This document shows, piece after piece, positions 35,386 through 45,132 of a stretch of 64,000 bases of DNA. This stretch comes from Pirellulales bacterium (GTDB lineage Bacteria; Planctomycetota; Planctomycetia; Pirellulales; JAICIG01). The stretch spans positions 266,103 through 330,102 of the forward strand of contig JBBDYJ010000031.1 in the NCBI GenBank assembly GCA_040901675.1. The letters are read 5' to 3'. Made by a program: the position numbers and the translations under genes. The notes below the pieces were generated by a model. The model was not told the origin of the DNA and did no database searches. It saw only the letters and a list, made by a program, of their open reading frames with translations. The stretch's first letter is position 1, and each line of letters starts with the position of its first letter.

Positions 35386-37896
35386 TTGCCTGCCTGCCCG
35401 CACTCGACCGGGACCGGTCTGCGTTCGATCAAACGGCTGATCGCGCTGGCCCTGGCCCTGCTCGCGAATCACGTGATCGTGGCGGATGCAGCCGCGGCGA
35501 CGTTCCGGGTCGCGCCTGCCTCTGTCGAGTTGGAGGGCACGTTCGCCCGGGCACAGTTGTTGGCCACTGCGCTGGAGACTGACGGGAGCACCAACGACCG
35601 CTCGGCCGACCTGACGCGGCAGGCGGTTTATGCGTCGTCGAATCCGCAAGTCGTAACGGTCAGCGACGCCGGCGCGCTGTTGGCCACGGGCAATGGGCCG
35701 GCGGTGGTGAGCGTGACGGCCGGCGGAGAAGCGATCGAGGTCCCGGTCGCGGTGAGCGGCGTCGAAGAGCGGCCTTCGATCGGCTTCGTCTCGCACGTAT
35801 TGCCCGTATTGAGCAAGGCCGGCTGCAACGCCGGCGCCTGCCATGCCAGCCAGTACGGCAAGGGAGGCTTCAAGCTCTCGGTGTTCAGCTTCGCGCCGGA
35901 CGAGGACTACCTAGCAATTCTCCGCGACCGCCAGGGGCGCCGCGTGAATCGCCTCGATCCCGACCGGAGCCTGCTCTTGCTCAAGCCGACCTTGGCGGTG
36001 CCGCACGGCGGCAACCGGCGGCTCACGGCCGACTCGGTCGATTACAAGATCCTGCGGGCCTGGCTGTCGGCGGAGACTCCGGCGGGACCGAAGCCGGAAG
36101 AGCCGAGGGTCCGCTCGATCCAGGTGCTGCCGGGCCGGCGCGTGGGCCAGCCCGGCTTCACGCAGCAATTGCAGGTGCTGGCCACGTACAGCGACGGCAA
36201 GACCCGCGACGTGACGCATTGGGCCCGCTTCGACAGCCTCGACGAAAGCGTCGTCGCGGTCGCCAACGATGGGTTGTTTACTGCCGTGGGCCGCGGCCAG
36301 TCCAGCGTGATGGTGCGTTTCGAAGGGCAAGCGCAGGTGGCGACGGTCATCGTGCCGTATGCCGACAGCGTTGCGCTGGCCGGCTGGACGGAGAACAACT
36401 TTGTCGACACGCTGGCCGCCGCACGGTTCCGCGAGCTGGGCATCGAGCCCTCGCCGCCGGCCGACGACGCCACGTTTCTGCGACGCGCGTTCCTGGACGC
36501 GATCGGCACGCTGCCCAGCGTCGAAGAAGCCGCGGCCTTCATCGATTCGCCCGACCCCGACAAGCGGACAAAGCTCGTCGACAGGCTGTTGGGCCTCTCG
36601 GCCGACGCCTCGCAGAACGTCTACAACAATCAGTATTCGGCCTGGTGGTCGCTGAAGTGGTCCGATCTGCTGCGGTCGTCGAGCAGCACCATCGGCGAGC
36701 AGGGGATGTGGGCCCTGCACAACTGGATCAACGAGTCGTTGCGGGAGAACAAGCCGTTCGACCGGTTCGTCCGCGAGCTGATCACGGCCACCGGCTCGGT
36801 CTATCGCAGCGGACCGGCCAACTATTACCGCATCGCCAATAACCCGCAGGACCTGGCCGAGAACACCGCCCAGTTGTTCCTCGGCGTGCGGCTGCAGTGC
36901 GCCAAGTGCCATCACCATCCATTCGAGAAGTACAGCCAGGACCATTACTACGGGTTCGCCGCCTTTTTCGCCCGCGTGGGCACCAAGGGAAGCCAGGAGT
37001 TCGGCTTGTTCGGCGGCGAGCAAGTGGTGCTGGTCCGATCGTCGGGCGAAGTGGGCCACCCGAAAACCGGCCAGGCGATGAAGCCCACACCGCTGGAAGC
37101 GGAACCGATCGAGGCCGCCGGCGACCGCCGCCGGCCGCTCGCCGAGTGGATGACGTCGCCGGACAACCCGTTTTTTGCCCGCAACGTGGTGAACCGCTAC
37201 GTGGCTTACCTGCTGGGCCGCGGCCTGGTCGAGCCCATCGACGACATGCGGGCCACCAACCCGGCGAGCAACGCCGAGCTGCTGGACCGGCTGGCGGCCG
37301 ATTTTACGGCCAGCGGCTTCAACTTGAAGCACCTGCTGCGGACGATCATGACCTCCCGGCTGTACCAGCTCGAGTCGCAGCCCACGGCGGACAACGCGGC
37401 CGACCGCCGCTTCTACAGCCACTACCAGGTGAAACGGCTGGCGGCCGAGCCGCTGTTGGATGCGATCGACTATGCGACCGGCGTGCGGACGAAGTTCCGC
37501 AACCTTCCGCCGGGGACACGCGCCATCGAGCTGCCCGACGGCGAATACCCGGACTATTTCCTCAAGACGTTCGGCAAGCCCCGCCGCGTCAGTGTCTGCG
37601 AGTGCGAGCGCTCGTCGGAGGCCAACTTGTCGCAGGCGCTGCACACGCTCAACGGCGAGTCGGTGGCGGGCAAGATCGCCGACCCCAACGGCCGGGTGGC
37701 CAAGCTCATGGCGGCCGGAAAAAGCTTCGACGAGAGCGTCCACGAGCTATACCTGGCCACCTGGTCGCGGCGGGCGACGCCGGAGGAGCTGGCGGCCCTG
37801 AAGACCTTTCTGGACCAGAGCCCGGATCCAAAGACCTTCTACGAGGATCTGCTCTGGACGCTGATCAACTCCAAGCCCTTCCTGTTCGTGAGGTGA
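35386..37896 (+). CDS. DUF1549/DUF1553 protein with two Ig-like domains
   Basis: GCNAGACH, FLRRAFLDAIGTLP, FLGVRLQCAKCHHHP, DLLWTLINSKPF; start uncertain. Confidence 0.9.
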   Translation: MPACPHSTGTGLRSIKRLIALALALLANHVIVADAAAATFRVAPASVELEGTFARAQLLATALETDGSTNDRSADLTRQAVYASSNPQVVTVSDAGALLATGNGPAVVSVTAGGEAIEVPVAVSGVEERPSIGFVSHVLPVLSKAGCNAGACHASQYGKGGFKLSVFSFAPDEDYLAILRDRQGRRVNRLDPDRSLLLLKPTLAVPHGGNRRLTADSVDYKILRAWLSAETPAGPKPEEPRVRSIQVLPGRRVGQPGFTQQLQVLATYSDGKTRDVTHWARFDSLDESVVAVANDGLFTAVGRGQSSVMVRFEGQAQVATVIVPYADSVALAGWTENNFVDTLAAARFRELGIEPSPPADDATFLRRAFLDAIGTLPSVEEAAAFIDSPDPDKRTKLVDRLLGLSADASQNVYNNQYSAWWSLKWSDLLRSSSSTIGEQGMWALHNWINESLRENKPFDRFVRELITATGSVYRSGPANYYRIANNPQDLAENTAQLFLGVRLQCAKCHHHPFEKYSQDHYYGFAAFFARVGTKGSQEFGLFGGEQVVLVRSSGEVGHPKTGQAMKPTPLEAEPIEAAGDRRRPLAEWMTSPDNPFFARNVVNRYVAYLLGRGLVEPIDDMRATNPASNAELLDRLAADFTASGFNLKHLLRTIMTSRLYQLESQPTADNAADRRFYSHYQVKRLAAEPLLDAIDYATGVRTKFRNLPPGTRAIELPDGEYPDYFLKTFGKPRRVSVCECERSSEANLSQALHTLNGESVAGKIADPNGRVAKLMAAGKSFDESVHELYLATWSRRATPEELAALKTFLDQSPDPKTFYEDLLWTLINSKPFLFVR

Positions 37897-40049
37897 TCCT
37901 GGTGACGACTTGCCCTGCCACTTGCTCTGTGACGCGCGTTGCCCGCTTCGGGGCCGCGTTGGCGCTGGCCGCCGCGGCCGGCGCGCTGATCACGGGCAAG
38001 GCGGTGGCGCAGAGCTCGTACCCAATGATCATGAGCGCTCGCCCGCTGGCGGTGCAGGTTGGCCAGGCGAGCGAAGTAGAGGTTTCTGCTCGCTACAACT
38101 TGTACGGCGCCTACCAGGTGTTCGTCACGCCGGAGGGAGTGACGGGCGAGGTGGTTGTGCCCGAGATGCCGGCCGACCAGCCGCCGCCGGCCGCCAAGCC
38201 CGACATGCCGAAGATCAAGGTCCGTTTCACGGCCGCCCCGGACGCGGTGCCCGGCCCGCGCAGCTTTCGCCTGGCCACGCCGAGCGGCGCCTCGACCGTC
38301 GGGCAGTTGGTGGTGGTCCGCGAAGCGGTGATGGTGGAAGCGGCCGACAACGACGCGATGGCGACGGCCCAGGCCGTGACGCTGCCGGCCACGCTGTGCG
38401 GCGCGATCGAGAAAGCCGAGGACGTCGACTTCTTCAAGTTCACGCTGGCCGCGGCGGGCGCCTGGACGTTCCACGTCCATTCGTCGCGCTGCCAGGACCG
38501 CATCCACGACCTGCAAACGCACTCCGACCCGATCCTCACCTTGCGCAACGGGGGCGGCACGGTGCTGGCGGCCAGCGACAACTACTTTTTCGCCGATCCG
38601 CTTTTGCACTTCAACTTCACCGAGCCGGGCGATTACTACCTCGACATCCGCGACGTGCGCTACCAGGGCAACGCCGATTGGCAGTACAGCATCGAAGCCA
38701 GCAACCGCCCGCTGGTGACCAACGTCTTTCCGTCACGCGTCACGCCCGGCACGGCGACCCGCTTGGAGCTGGTCGGGTTTCACTTGCCCGGCGATCGGAC
38801 CACCCTGCTGACGCTGCCGGCCGAGATGCCGGAGGGTCCCGTATGGCTCAACCTGCCGCTGGGCGAAAGCCTGGTCCCGGCGCCGCTGGTGATCAGCCGC
38901 TTGCCGGGTCTGATCGAGGCCGCCGGAGACAACGGCACGCCGGCCGCCGCGCAGCCGATCGAGGTGCCGCTGGGGATCAGCGGCCGCATCTCGGAGCCGG
39001 GCGACGTCGACTGTTACCGTTTCGAGGCCCGGCAAGGCGAGCGCTTCAGCTTCGAGGTGCTCGCCCGGCGGCACCAGTCGGCCCTCGACTCGGTGTTGAG
39101 GATCGTCAACGAGCCAGGCGTGGTCTTGGTTGAAAACGACGACTTGAGCACGGGCCGCCACAACCATGCCGATTCGATGATCGAGAACTGGACGGCGCCG
39201 GCCGACGGCAGTTGCGCGATCGAGCTGTCGGACCTGCACCAGCGGGGTGGCCCGGAGTACGTTTACTTCCTGAAGGTGACGCGCAGCGAGCCCTACTTCA
39301 CGCTCGACGTCGATTCGGACAAGACGCTGTTGTCTGGGGGCACGGCGGGCGCCATCTTTGTTCGGGTGTATCGAAAGAACGGCTTTGCGGGCGAGGTGCA
39401 GTTGGCCGTCGAGGGTTTGCCGCCGGGCGTGACCGCCAGTTGCGGGCGGATCCTGGCCGGCTCGACGGACGGCTGCATCATCCTGGAAGCTGCGCCCGGC
39501 GCCGCGCAAGGTGCCGCCAACGTCAGCATCAGCGGCTCGGCAACGGTCGCGGCGGCCGAGGCGGGCCAGCCGCCGCTGGAGCTGGTGGCCATTGCCCAGC
39601 CGATGCAGGAAGTTTACATGCCGGGCGGCGGGCGCAACCACTATCCCGTCGATGTACACACCGTTTCGGTGGGCGGCGTGATGGACCTGAAGGCGGTGAA
39701 GCTGAGCACGACGGCGGTGAGCCTGAAGCCGGGCGAGTCGCAGAAGATCGACGTCACGATCGAGCGGCGCGAGGGTTTCAGCGGCAACGTCACGCTCGAC
39801 TGTCTGTTTCAGCACCTGGGCAGCATCTACGGCAACAGCCTGCCGCCGGGCGTGACCATCGACGAAAAGAACAGCCAGACCGCCCTGGCCGGCGACCAGT
39901 CGCAGGGGCACATCACGCTGGTGGCCGCGGCCGACGCCAAGCCGGTCGAGAACCAGCAGGTGGCAGTGATGGCCAACGTGTCGATCAACTTCGTGATGAA
40001 GTACACGTATTGCGGCCCGCCGCTGAGCGTCTCGGTATTGCCCCCATAG
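37893..40049 (+). CDS. Secreted PPC-domain protein
   Basis: GTGA overlap with the upstream stop; signal peptide; DVDFFKF/DVDCYRF and DPILTL/DSVLRI PPC repeats. Confidence 0.85.
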   Translation: MILVTTCPATCSVTRVARFGAALALAAAAGALITGKAVAQSSYPMIMSARPLAVQVGQASEVEVSARYNLYGAYQVFVTPEGVTGEVVVPEMPADQPPPAAKPDMPKIKVRFTAAPDAVPGPRSFRLATPSGASTVGQLVVVREAVMVEAADNDAMATAQAVTLPATLCGAIEKAEDVDFFKFTLAAAGAWTFHVHSSRCQDRIHDLQTHSDPILTLRNGGGTVLAASDNYFFADPLLHFNFTEPGDYYLDIRDVRYQGNADWQYSIEASNRPLVTNVFPSRVTPGTATRLELVGFHLPGDRTTLLTLPAEMPEGPVWLNLPLGESLVPAPLVISRLPGLIEAAGDNGTPAAAQPIEVPLGISGRISEPGDVDCYRFEARQGERFSFEVLARRHQSALDSVLRIVNEPGVVLVENDDLSTGRHNHADSMIENWTAPADGSCAIELSDLHQRGGPEYVYFLKVTRSEPYFTLDVDSDKTLLSGGTAGAIFVRVYRKNGFAGEVQLAVEGLPPGVTASCGRILAGSTDGCIILEAAPGAAQGAANVSISGSATVAAAEAGQPPLELVAIAQPMQEVYMPGGGRNHYPVDVHTVSVGGVMDLKAVKLSTTAVSLKPGESQKIDVTIERREGFSGNVTLDCLFQHLGSIYGNSLPPGVTIDEKNSQTALAGDQSQGHITLVAAADAKPVENQQVAVMANVSINFVMKYTYCGPPLSVSVLPP

Positions 40050-40360
40050 AAGAAGGACGAAGACCACGGACGGATCAAACCACGGAGGCACGGAGAACAC
40101 GGAGAAGAAGGACGGAAAAGGCCTCTCGCACACGAAGAGAATACAGAGACAAACGGACGAAGGCCCTCGGGCCCGCATCTTGTACTTCGCGCATCTCCAC
40201 GTACACTTGCAGTTGCTCCTGGCGTCGAATGCTTTGTAACCTTGTAGCGTCTTCGTGTGCTTGGTGTTCTTTGTGGTTTCCTCGTCTTATTCGTCCGTGA
40301 TGGCCTTGGCCGCCTGCGAATGAGTAAACAGTTTTCAAGCATCTCCAGAGGGTTTCAACC

Positions 40361-41323
40361 ATGAGGCCGATGTATCGCGGTTGGATGGGGGCGGTTTCTT
40401 TGACGAGTGTCATGTTCCTATCGGCTGCCTGCCTGGCGGCCGACTTGCCCGAGGCCTCCGAGGTCGAGGCCGTGCCGGTTCTCGAAGTCCCCAGTTATTG
40501 CGAAGGCGTGGTTTTCGATCATGAGGGGAGGGGTTACGTATCGGAAGGCGAGACGATCTGGCAGTTCACGCTCGACGGCAAGAAGAAGGAGTGGGCCAAG
40601 ACCGGAGCGCCCAATGGGCACAAGGTGCTCGCCGACGGCACGCACCTGGTCTGCGATGCCAGCCGGCTCGCGGTGCTGCACCTGTCGAAGACGGGCGAAA
40701 TGCTCGAACCGGCCTCCAATGAGTGCGAAGGCAAGCCGTTGCTCGGACCGAACGACTTGACGCTCGACACGCCCAACGGCGGCTTCTACTTCAGCGACCC
40801 GGGCAACTCGGGCAAGGACAATCCCATCGGCACGGTTCACTACGTCAATGCCGACGGGAAGACCAGCCTGATCTCAGACGGCCTGGCCTATCCCAACGGC
40901 ATCGTTCTGACGCCGGACGGCAAGCGGCTCTACCTGGCCGAGAGCCAGAAGAATCGGGTGCTGGTGTTCGAGGTGACCGGACCCGGCCAGGTCACCGACC
41001 GCAAGCTGTTCGCCGATCTGCCGGCCAAGGACGAGGCCGCCGGCCAGGTCGACAACCAGCCCGACGGCATGTGTCTGGATGCCGCCGGAAACTTGTACGT
41101 GGCCCACTACGGCATGCGGCAGGTGCAGGTGCTCGACCCTGAAGGCAAGCTCGTGGCCCGCTACCCCGGCGGCAACCTGACGACCAGCAACGTCGCCTTC
41201 GGCGGCCCGCGCCTCGACCAGCTCTACGTAACCGGCGGGCTCGACATCGGGAAAGGAGCCGGCGGCCTGTTCCGCCTCGATCTGGGGGTCAAGGGCCTGA
41301 AGATCCTTCCTGCGAAGAAATAG
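40361..41323 (+). CDS. SMP-30/gluconolactonase family protein
   Basis: CEG, PNG, GPNDL, YPNGIVL, PDGMCLDAAGNLYVA, TSNVAFGG. Confidence 0.92.
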   Translation: MRPMYRGWMGAVSLTSVMFLSAACLAADLPEASEVEAVPVLEVPSYCEGVVFDHEGRGYVSEGETIWQFTLDGKKKEWAKTGAPNGHKVLADGTHLVCDASRLAVLHLSKTGEMLEPASNECEGKPLLGPNDLTLDTPNGGFYFSDPGNSGKDNPIGTVHYVNADGKTSLISDGLAYPNGIVLTPDGKRLYLAESQKNRVLVFEVTGPGQVTDRKLFADLPAKDEAAGQVDNQPDGMCLDAAGNLYVAHYGMRQVQVLDPEGKLVARYPGGNLTTSNVAFGGPRLDQLYVTGGLDIGKGAGGLFRLDLGVKGLKILPAKK

Positions 41324-41337
41324 TAGCGCTCCGCCAT

Positions 41338-41430
41338 TAGTGGCCGTCACGCTCCGCCGTGACGAGCCGTGATAGTAGCCGTCACGCTGGAGCGTGACGA
41401 GCTGCCTCACGCGGAGCGTGAGGGCTACTT
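41338..41430. repeat. REP-like palindromes (gtagccgtcacgct..gcgtgacg)
   Basis: Two forward copies and one inverted variant ending in ggctact. Confidence 0.7.
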
Positions 41431-41466
41431 TCCTTTCCAACCGTTCGGCATGGTTTGACAGGTGGT

Positions 41467-41496
41467 TTGACAGATCGGCTCCTGCTGCGGTAAGCT
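41467..41496 (+). promoter_or_regulatory. Putative sigma70 promoter
   Basis: TTGACA-18 nt-TAAGCT; the -35 box lies within a tggtttgacag direct repeat. Confidence 0.5.
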
Positions 41497-41545
41497 GCGG
41501 GTGGCCGATTGCTCCAGGCGGGCGAATCGGCCAGGCCACGACAAG

Positions 41546-41583
41546 GCCTCCAGCTTCATTCACTGCTGGCGGGCCGTTTTTTT
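41546..41583 (+). terminator. Intrinsic terminator-like hairpin
   Basis: ggcctccagc-ttcattcact-gctggcgggcc then g and T7. Confidence 0.65.
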
Positions 41584-41761
41584 GCGCTTTCCGCCAAGGC
41601 ACGGCGGGTCCGCGCTGCCGGTCGTCGCTCGACTGGCCGGTTTCAGTCGTCCATGGTTGGGCGCCACTCTCCGTTTCGGCGCGGGCAATCGACAAAGGCA
41701 TCCGGGACGGGCAACGTGCCCGTCCCATTCCTCGCAGGCAGCGAAAAAAGGAGACCATTTC

Positions 41762-43165
41762 ATGCGACGGAAAATTCTCGTACCGGCTTTAACCGCCCTT
41801 GCCCTCATGGTGTGCCTGGCACTTGGCGCGGGCACGCTGCGGGCTCAGGCCCGCGACGGCGACAGGGACGACCAGCGCCAAGATCAGGCTCGTCAGGACC
41901 AGGACCGCCAGGCCGACCAGCGCGAAATGGATGACGACCAGCGCGACAGCTACCTCTTGCGGCAACGCGCGGCCGAGCGCGCCCGGGGCGTCCGGGAGCG
42001 GGCCGAACAACGAGCCGAGCAGTTGCGCCAGCGCGCCCGCGAAGCTGCACCCAGTGAGCGTGCCCAGCGGCCCCTGGACCTCGAATCCCTGGGTGTAACG
42101 CTGCGTGAGGACGCAGAGCAGGACGGCGTGATCGTATTGCGCGTCGAGTCGGACAGCCCGCTGGCCGACGCGGGACTCAGGCGGGGCGATCGAATCGTCT
42201 CGATCGATGGCCGCCAGGTCGGGTTCCAGGACGAGCTGGACCGGCAGATTCAACGGGCCGAATCGCCCGACGAGGTGCGGCTGGGGGTGATGCGCGACGG
42301 CCGGCGCGGGACGGTGGTCGCCGACCTGACCCGCCGTTATGAGGACCGCCCGCTGGTCGACCGGGCCGAGGAGTTTGGCGAAAGGCTCGGCCAGCGCGTC
42401 GAACGGTTGACCGAGCGGCTTGGCCGGGGGGCGGCAGAGGTCGCCGATGACGTCGATGATTGGTTCGACGACGATCGCGACGGGCCGGCGCTGGGCGTCA
42501 ACTTGCGCGAAGATGCTCGGGGCGGCGTCGAGATCGCCCGGGTCGAGCCGGGCAGCCCGGCGGCCGAGGCGGGCCTGCGGCCAGGGGACCAGATCCTCAC
42601 CATCAACGGGCAGCGAGTTACCTCACGCGGCAGCGTTGGAAGTCTGATCCAGCGGGCGGATCCGGGCGACGACGTGCTGATCGAGATCATCCGTGACGGG
42701 CGGCGGCGCACCGCCAGCGCCACGTTGGTTCCCCGGGGCGAGGTCTTCGGCGACCAAGATGGCCGCCCTTACCGGGAGGAGGGTTTTGAACCGTCTCCCC
42801 GTTATGGCCGCCGGACCGAAGACACCCGGCGGACACGGGCCCGCGGGGCCCTGGGGGTAACCGTGGACGACGACGGGCGCGGCGACGTGTGGATCGAGCG
42901 CGTTTATCCTGACGGGCCGGCCGACGAGGCGGGCTTGCGCCGCGGTGATCAGATTCTGGCCATCGACGGCCGCGACGTGCGCAGCGCCACCGAGCTGGTC
43001 GGCAGGCTGGGACGCATGCGGGCCGACCAGGAGGTCGAAATCGAGATTGCCCGCGACAGACGCCGCCGCACGATCGAAGCTCGACTCGCTCCCCTGGACG
43101 AGGCCTTCTCCTCGGCGAGGCGCGAGCCCGGCGGCTACGACGACGAGGACGGCCGCGATCGATAA
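41762..43165 (+). CDS. Secreted protein with three PDZ domains and no protease domain
   Basis: RBS aaggag; signal peptide; three LGV...(S/G)P(L/A)A.AGLR.GD.I motifs. Confidence 0.88.
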   Translation: MRRKILVPALTALALMVCLALGAGTLRAQARDGDRDDQRQDQARQDQDRQADQREMDDDQRDSYLLRQRAAERARGVRERAEQRAEQLRQRAREAAPSERAQRPLDLESLGVTLREDAEQDGVIVLRVESDSPLADAGLRRGDRIVSIDGRQVGFQDELDRQIQRAESPDEVRLGVMRDGRRGTVVADLTRRYEDRPLVDRAEEFGERLGQRVERLTERLGRGAAEVADDVDDWFDDDRDGPALGVNLREDARGGVEIARVEPGSPAAEAGLRPGDQILTINGQRVTSRGSVGSLIQRADPGDDVLIEIIRDGRRRTASATLVPRGEVFGDQDGRPYREEGFEPSPRYGRRTEDTRRTRARGALGVTVDDDGRGDVWIERVYPDGPADEAGLRRGDQILAIDGRDVRSATELVGRLGRMRADQEVEIEIARDRRRRTIEARLAPLDEAFSSARREPGGYDDEDGRDR

Positions 43166-43197
43166 GGACCTGCCGTCCGCCTTCTGGTATAAAATCC

Positions 43198-43238
43198 ACC
43201 GTCGCGGAGCACCGAGGGGTGCCCGCGGCGGTTTTTTT
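43198..43238 (+). terminator. Intrinsic terminator
   Basis: accgtcgcgg..gcacc/ggtgc..ccgcggcgg followed by T7. Confidence 0.65.
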
Positions 43239-43294
43239 GCCGGCATCGCATGCCGCGGCGGGACGCGCCGAAGCGGTGGGGTATAATAGTGGTA

Positions 43295-44416
43295 ATGCAC
43301 CGACGCACCAGCAGCCGCCGCCAGTTCCTGAGGGGACACTCCGCCGTCGAGGCCCTGGCCGACGTGGCCCAGGCACTGCCGACGGCCGGCGCCGCCACCG
43401 AGCAGGCGGAACCGGCTGGCGACCACTACCTGGTTCAGTTCGGCCGCCGGGCCATGGCCTGCCGGTTCGAGGCCTTCCTCAACGCCGGACAGTATCCCCA
43501 GGCCAGCGACGTCGTGTTCGAGGCGCTCGACCTGGTCGACCGGCTCGAAGCGCAGTTGACCGTTTATCGCGACACCAGCGAGCTGATGCGGATCAACCGC
43601 TCGGCCGGTGAAGGCCCCGTGGAGGTCGAACCCGCACTGTTTGCCTTAATCGCACAAGCGGTGCAATTGCACGACGAGACCCAGGGCGCTTTCGACGTCA
43701 CTTCCGGACCCCTCTCCAAGGTCTGGGGTTTCTACCGCCGGGCCGGCGCCTTGCCCGGCGAGGCTCAACTGGCCGCGGCCTTGGACTCGGTGGGCAGCCG
43801 GTGGCTCGACCTGGACAGCCAGGCCCGGACCGTACGACTCGGCCGGCCCGGCATGGAATTGAACCTGGGCGCGATCGGCAAAGGTTATGCACTCGACCAG
43901 GCCGCGCGGCTGATGCTCTCCAGGGGTATTGACGATTTCCTCTGGCACGCCGGCAGCTCGAGCGTGCTGGCCCGTGGCAACCGGTCGGGCGCCGGCCCGG
44001 ACGACGCCGGCAACCCGGAACAATCGCCCGGTTGGATCGTGGCCCTCGACCATCCGATGCGGCCCGGCCGGCGGTTGGCCGAGATTCGTTTGGTCGATCG
44101 GGCACTGGGAACTTCGGGTTCCGGTACGCAGTTCTTTCGGCACCGGGGGCGGCGCTACGGCCATATCCTCGACCCCCGTACGGGCCGCCCCGCGGAGGGC
44201 GTGATCTCCTCGACGGTCGTCGCCCCGACCGCGGCCGAAGCCGACGCTTTGGCCACTGCCTTTTACATCCTGGGACCCCAGCAGGCACAAGCCTGGTGCC
44301 AGCGCCACCCGGAAGTGGGCATGCTGATGCTGGTGCCCAGCCCGGATCGCAGCGAGTTGCAGGTCGTCTCGGCCGGGCTGGCGGCCGCGGACTGCCGATG
44401 GATCACCCAACCCTAA
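43295..44416 (+). CDS. apbE: FAD:protein FMN transferase
   Basis: SEL.RIN, GAFDVT.GPL, LNLGAIGKGYALD, GTSG, YGHILDPRTG, ADALATAF. Confidence 0.92.
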   Translation: MHRRTSSRRQFLRGHSAVEALADVAQALPTAGAATEQAEPAGDHYLVQFGRRAMACRFEAFLNAGQYPQASDVVFEALDLVDRLEAQLTVYRDTSELMRINRSAGEGPVEVEPALFALIAQAVQLHDETQGAFDVTSGPLSKVWGFYRRAGALPGEAQLAAALDSVGSRWLDLDSQARTVRLGRPGMELNLGAIGKGYALDQAARLMLSRGIDDFLWHAGSSSVLARGNRSGAGPDDAGNPEQSPGWIVALDHPMRPGRRLAEIRLVDRALGTSGSGTQFFRHRGRRYGHILDPRTGRPAEGVISSTVVAPTAAEADALATAFYILGPQQAQAWCQRHPEVGMLMLVPSPDRSELQVVSAGLAAADCRWITQP

Positions 44417-44430
44417 GTCATGCATAAGTC

Positions 44431-45105
44431 ATGATCGAACTCGAACACGTATCGTATTTGGGTATCGTCGTAGCCCTGATTCTGACAGGGATGGGCTTGC
44501 CCGTGCCCGAAGAGGTGTTCGTAATCATCGCGGGCATCGCCAGCAGCCAGGGAGCGTTGGAACCGGTGCCCGCGCTGGCCGCCTGCCTGCTGGGGGCCAT
44601 CCTGGGCGACTGTGCCATGTACGCAATCGGCTATCATTTCGGGCATGGCTTGCTGCGCGACCATCGCTGGTTCGCCCGGTTTCTCAAGCCCGACCGCGAG
44701 CGGCACGTCGAACACATGATCCAGAAGCACGGCTTGAAGGTGTTTCTAATAGCCCGCTTCCTGGTCGGGCTGCGCACGCCGGTCTACGTAACCGCCGGCA
44801 TCTTGCGCGTGCCCTTCCGGCAGTTCATTGTGGCCGATACGTTCTGCGCCTTTCTGGTAGTCAGCACGTTCTTTGGATTGAGCTATGCCTTCGCCGAACA
44901 GATCTCCAGCCTCTGGGGCCGGATCCGCCAGGCCGAGATCGCGCTGACCGTGGTGATTGTGGCTGGGGTGGCGGCGGTCTTGCTATACTTGTATCTTCGA
45001 GGCCGTCGCCGGCTGGCTCGGCTGGTCCGGCTGCGCAGGATGCGCAAAGCCCGCGAGCACGCGCAAGAGTGCGAGTCGGTCGAACAGACCAGGTCCATCG
45101 TGTAA
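44431..45105 (+). CDS. DedA family membrane protein
   Basis: GLPVPEE, GAILGD..MYAIG, ARFLVGLR..YVTAG. Confidence 0.92.
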   Translation: MIELEHVSYLGIVVALILTGMGLPVPEEVFVIIAGIASSQGALEPVPALAACLLGAILGDCAMYAIGYHFGHGLLRDHRWFARFLKPDRERHVEHMIQKHGLKVFLIARFLVGLRTPVYVTAGILRVPFRQFIVADTFCAFLVVSTFFGLSYAFAEQISSLWGRIRQAEIALTVVIVAGVAAVLLYLYLRGRRRLARLVRLRRMRKAREHAQECESVEQTRSIV

Positions 45106-45132
45106 CAGGTGGTCCAAAAGGAGGAGGCCCGC

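Noticed and set aside
36897..37892. N-terminal ~330 aa of the 1050-aa ORF
   Set aside because: It overlaps the DUF1549/1553 gene out of frame; the real start is near 37893.
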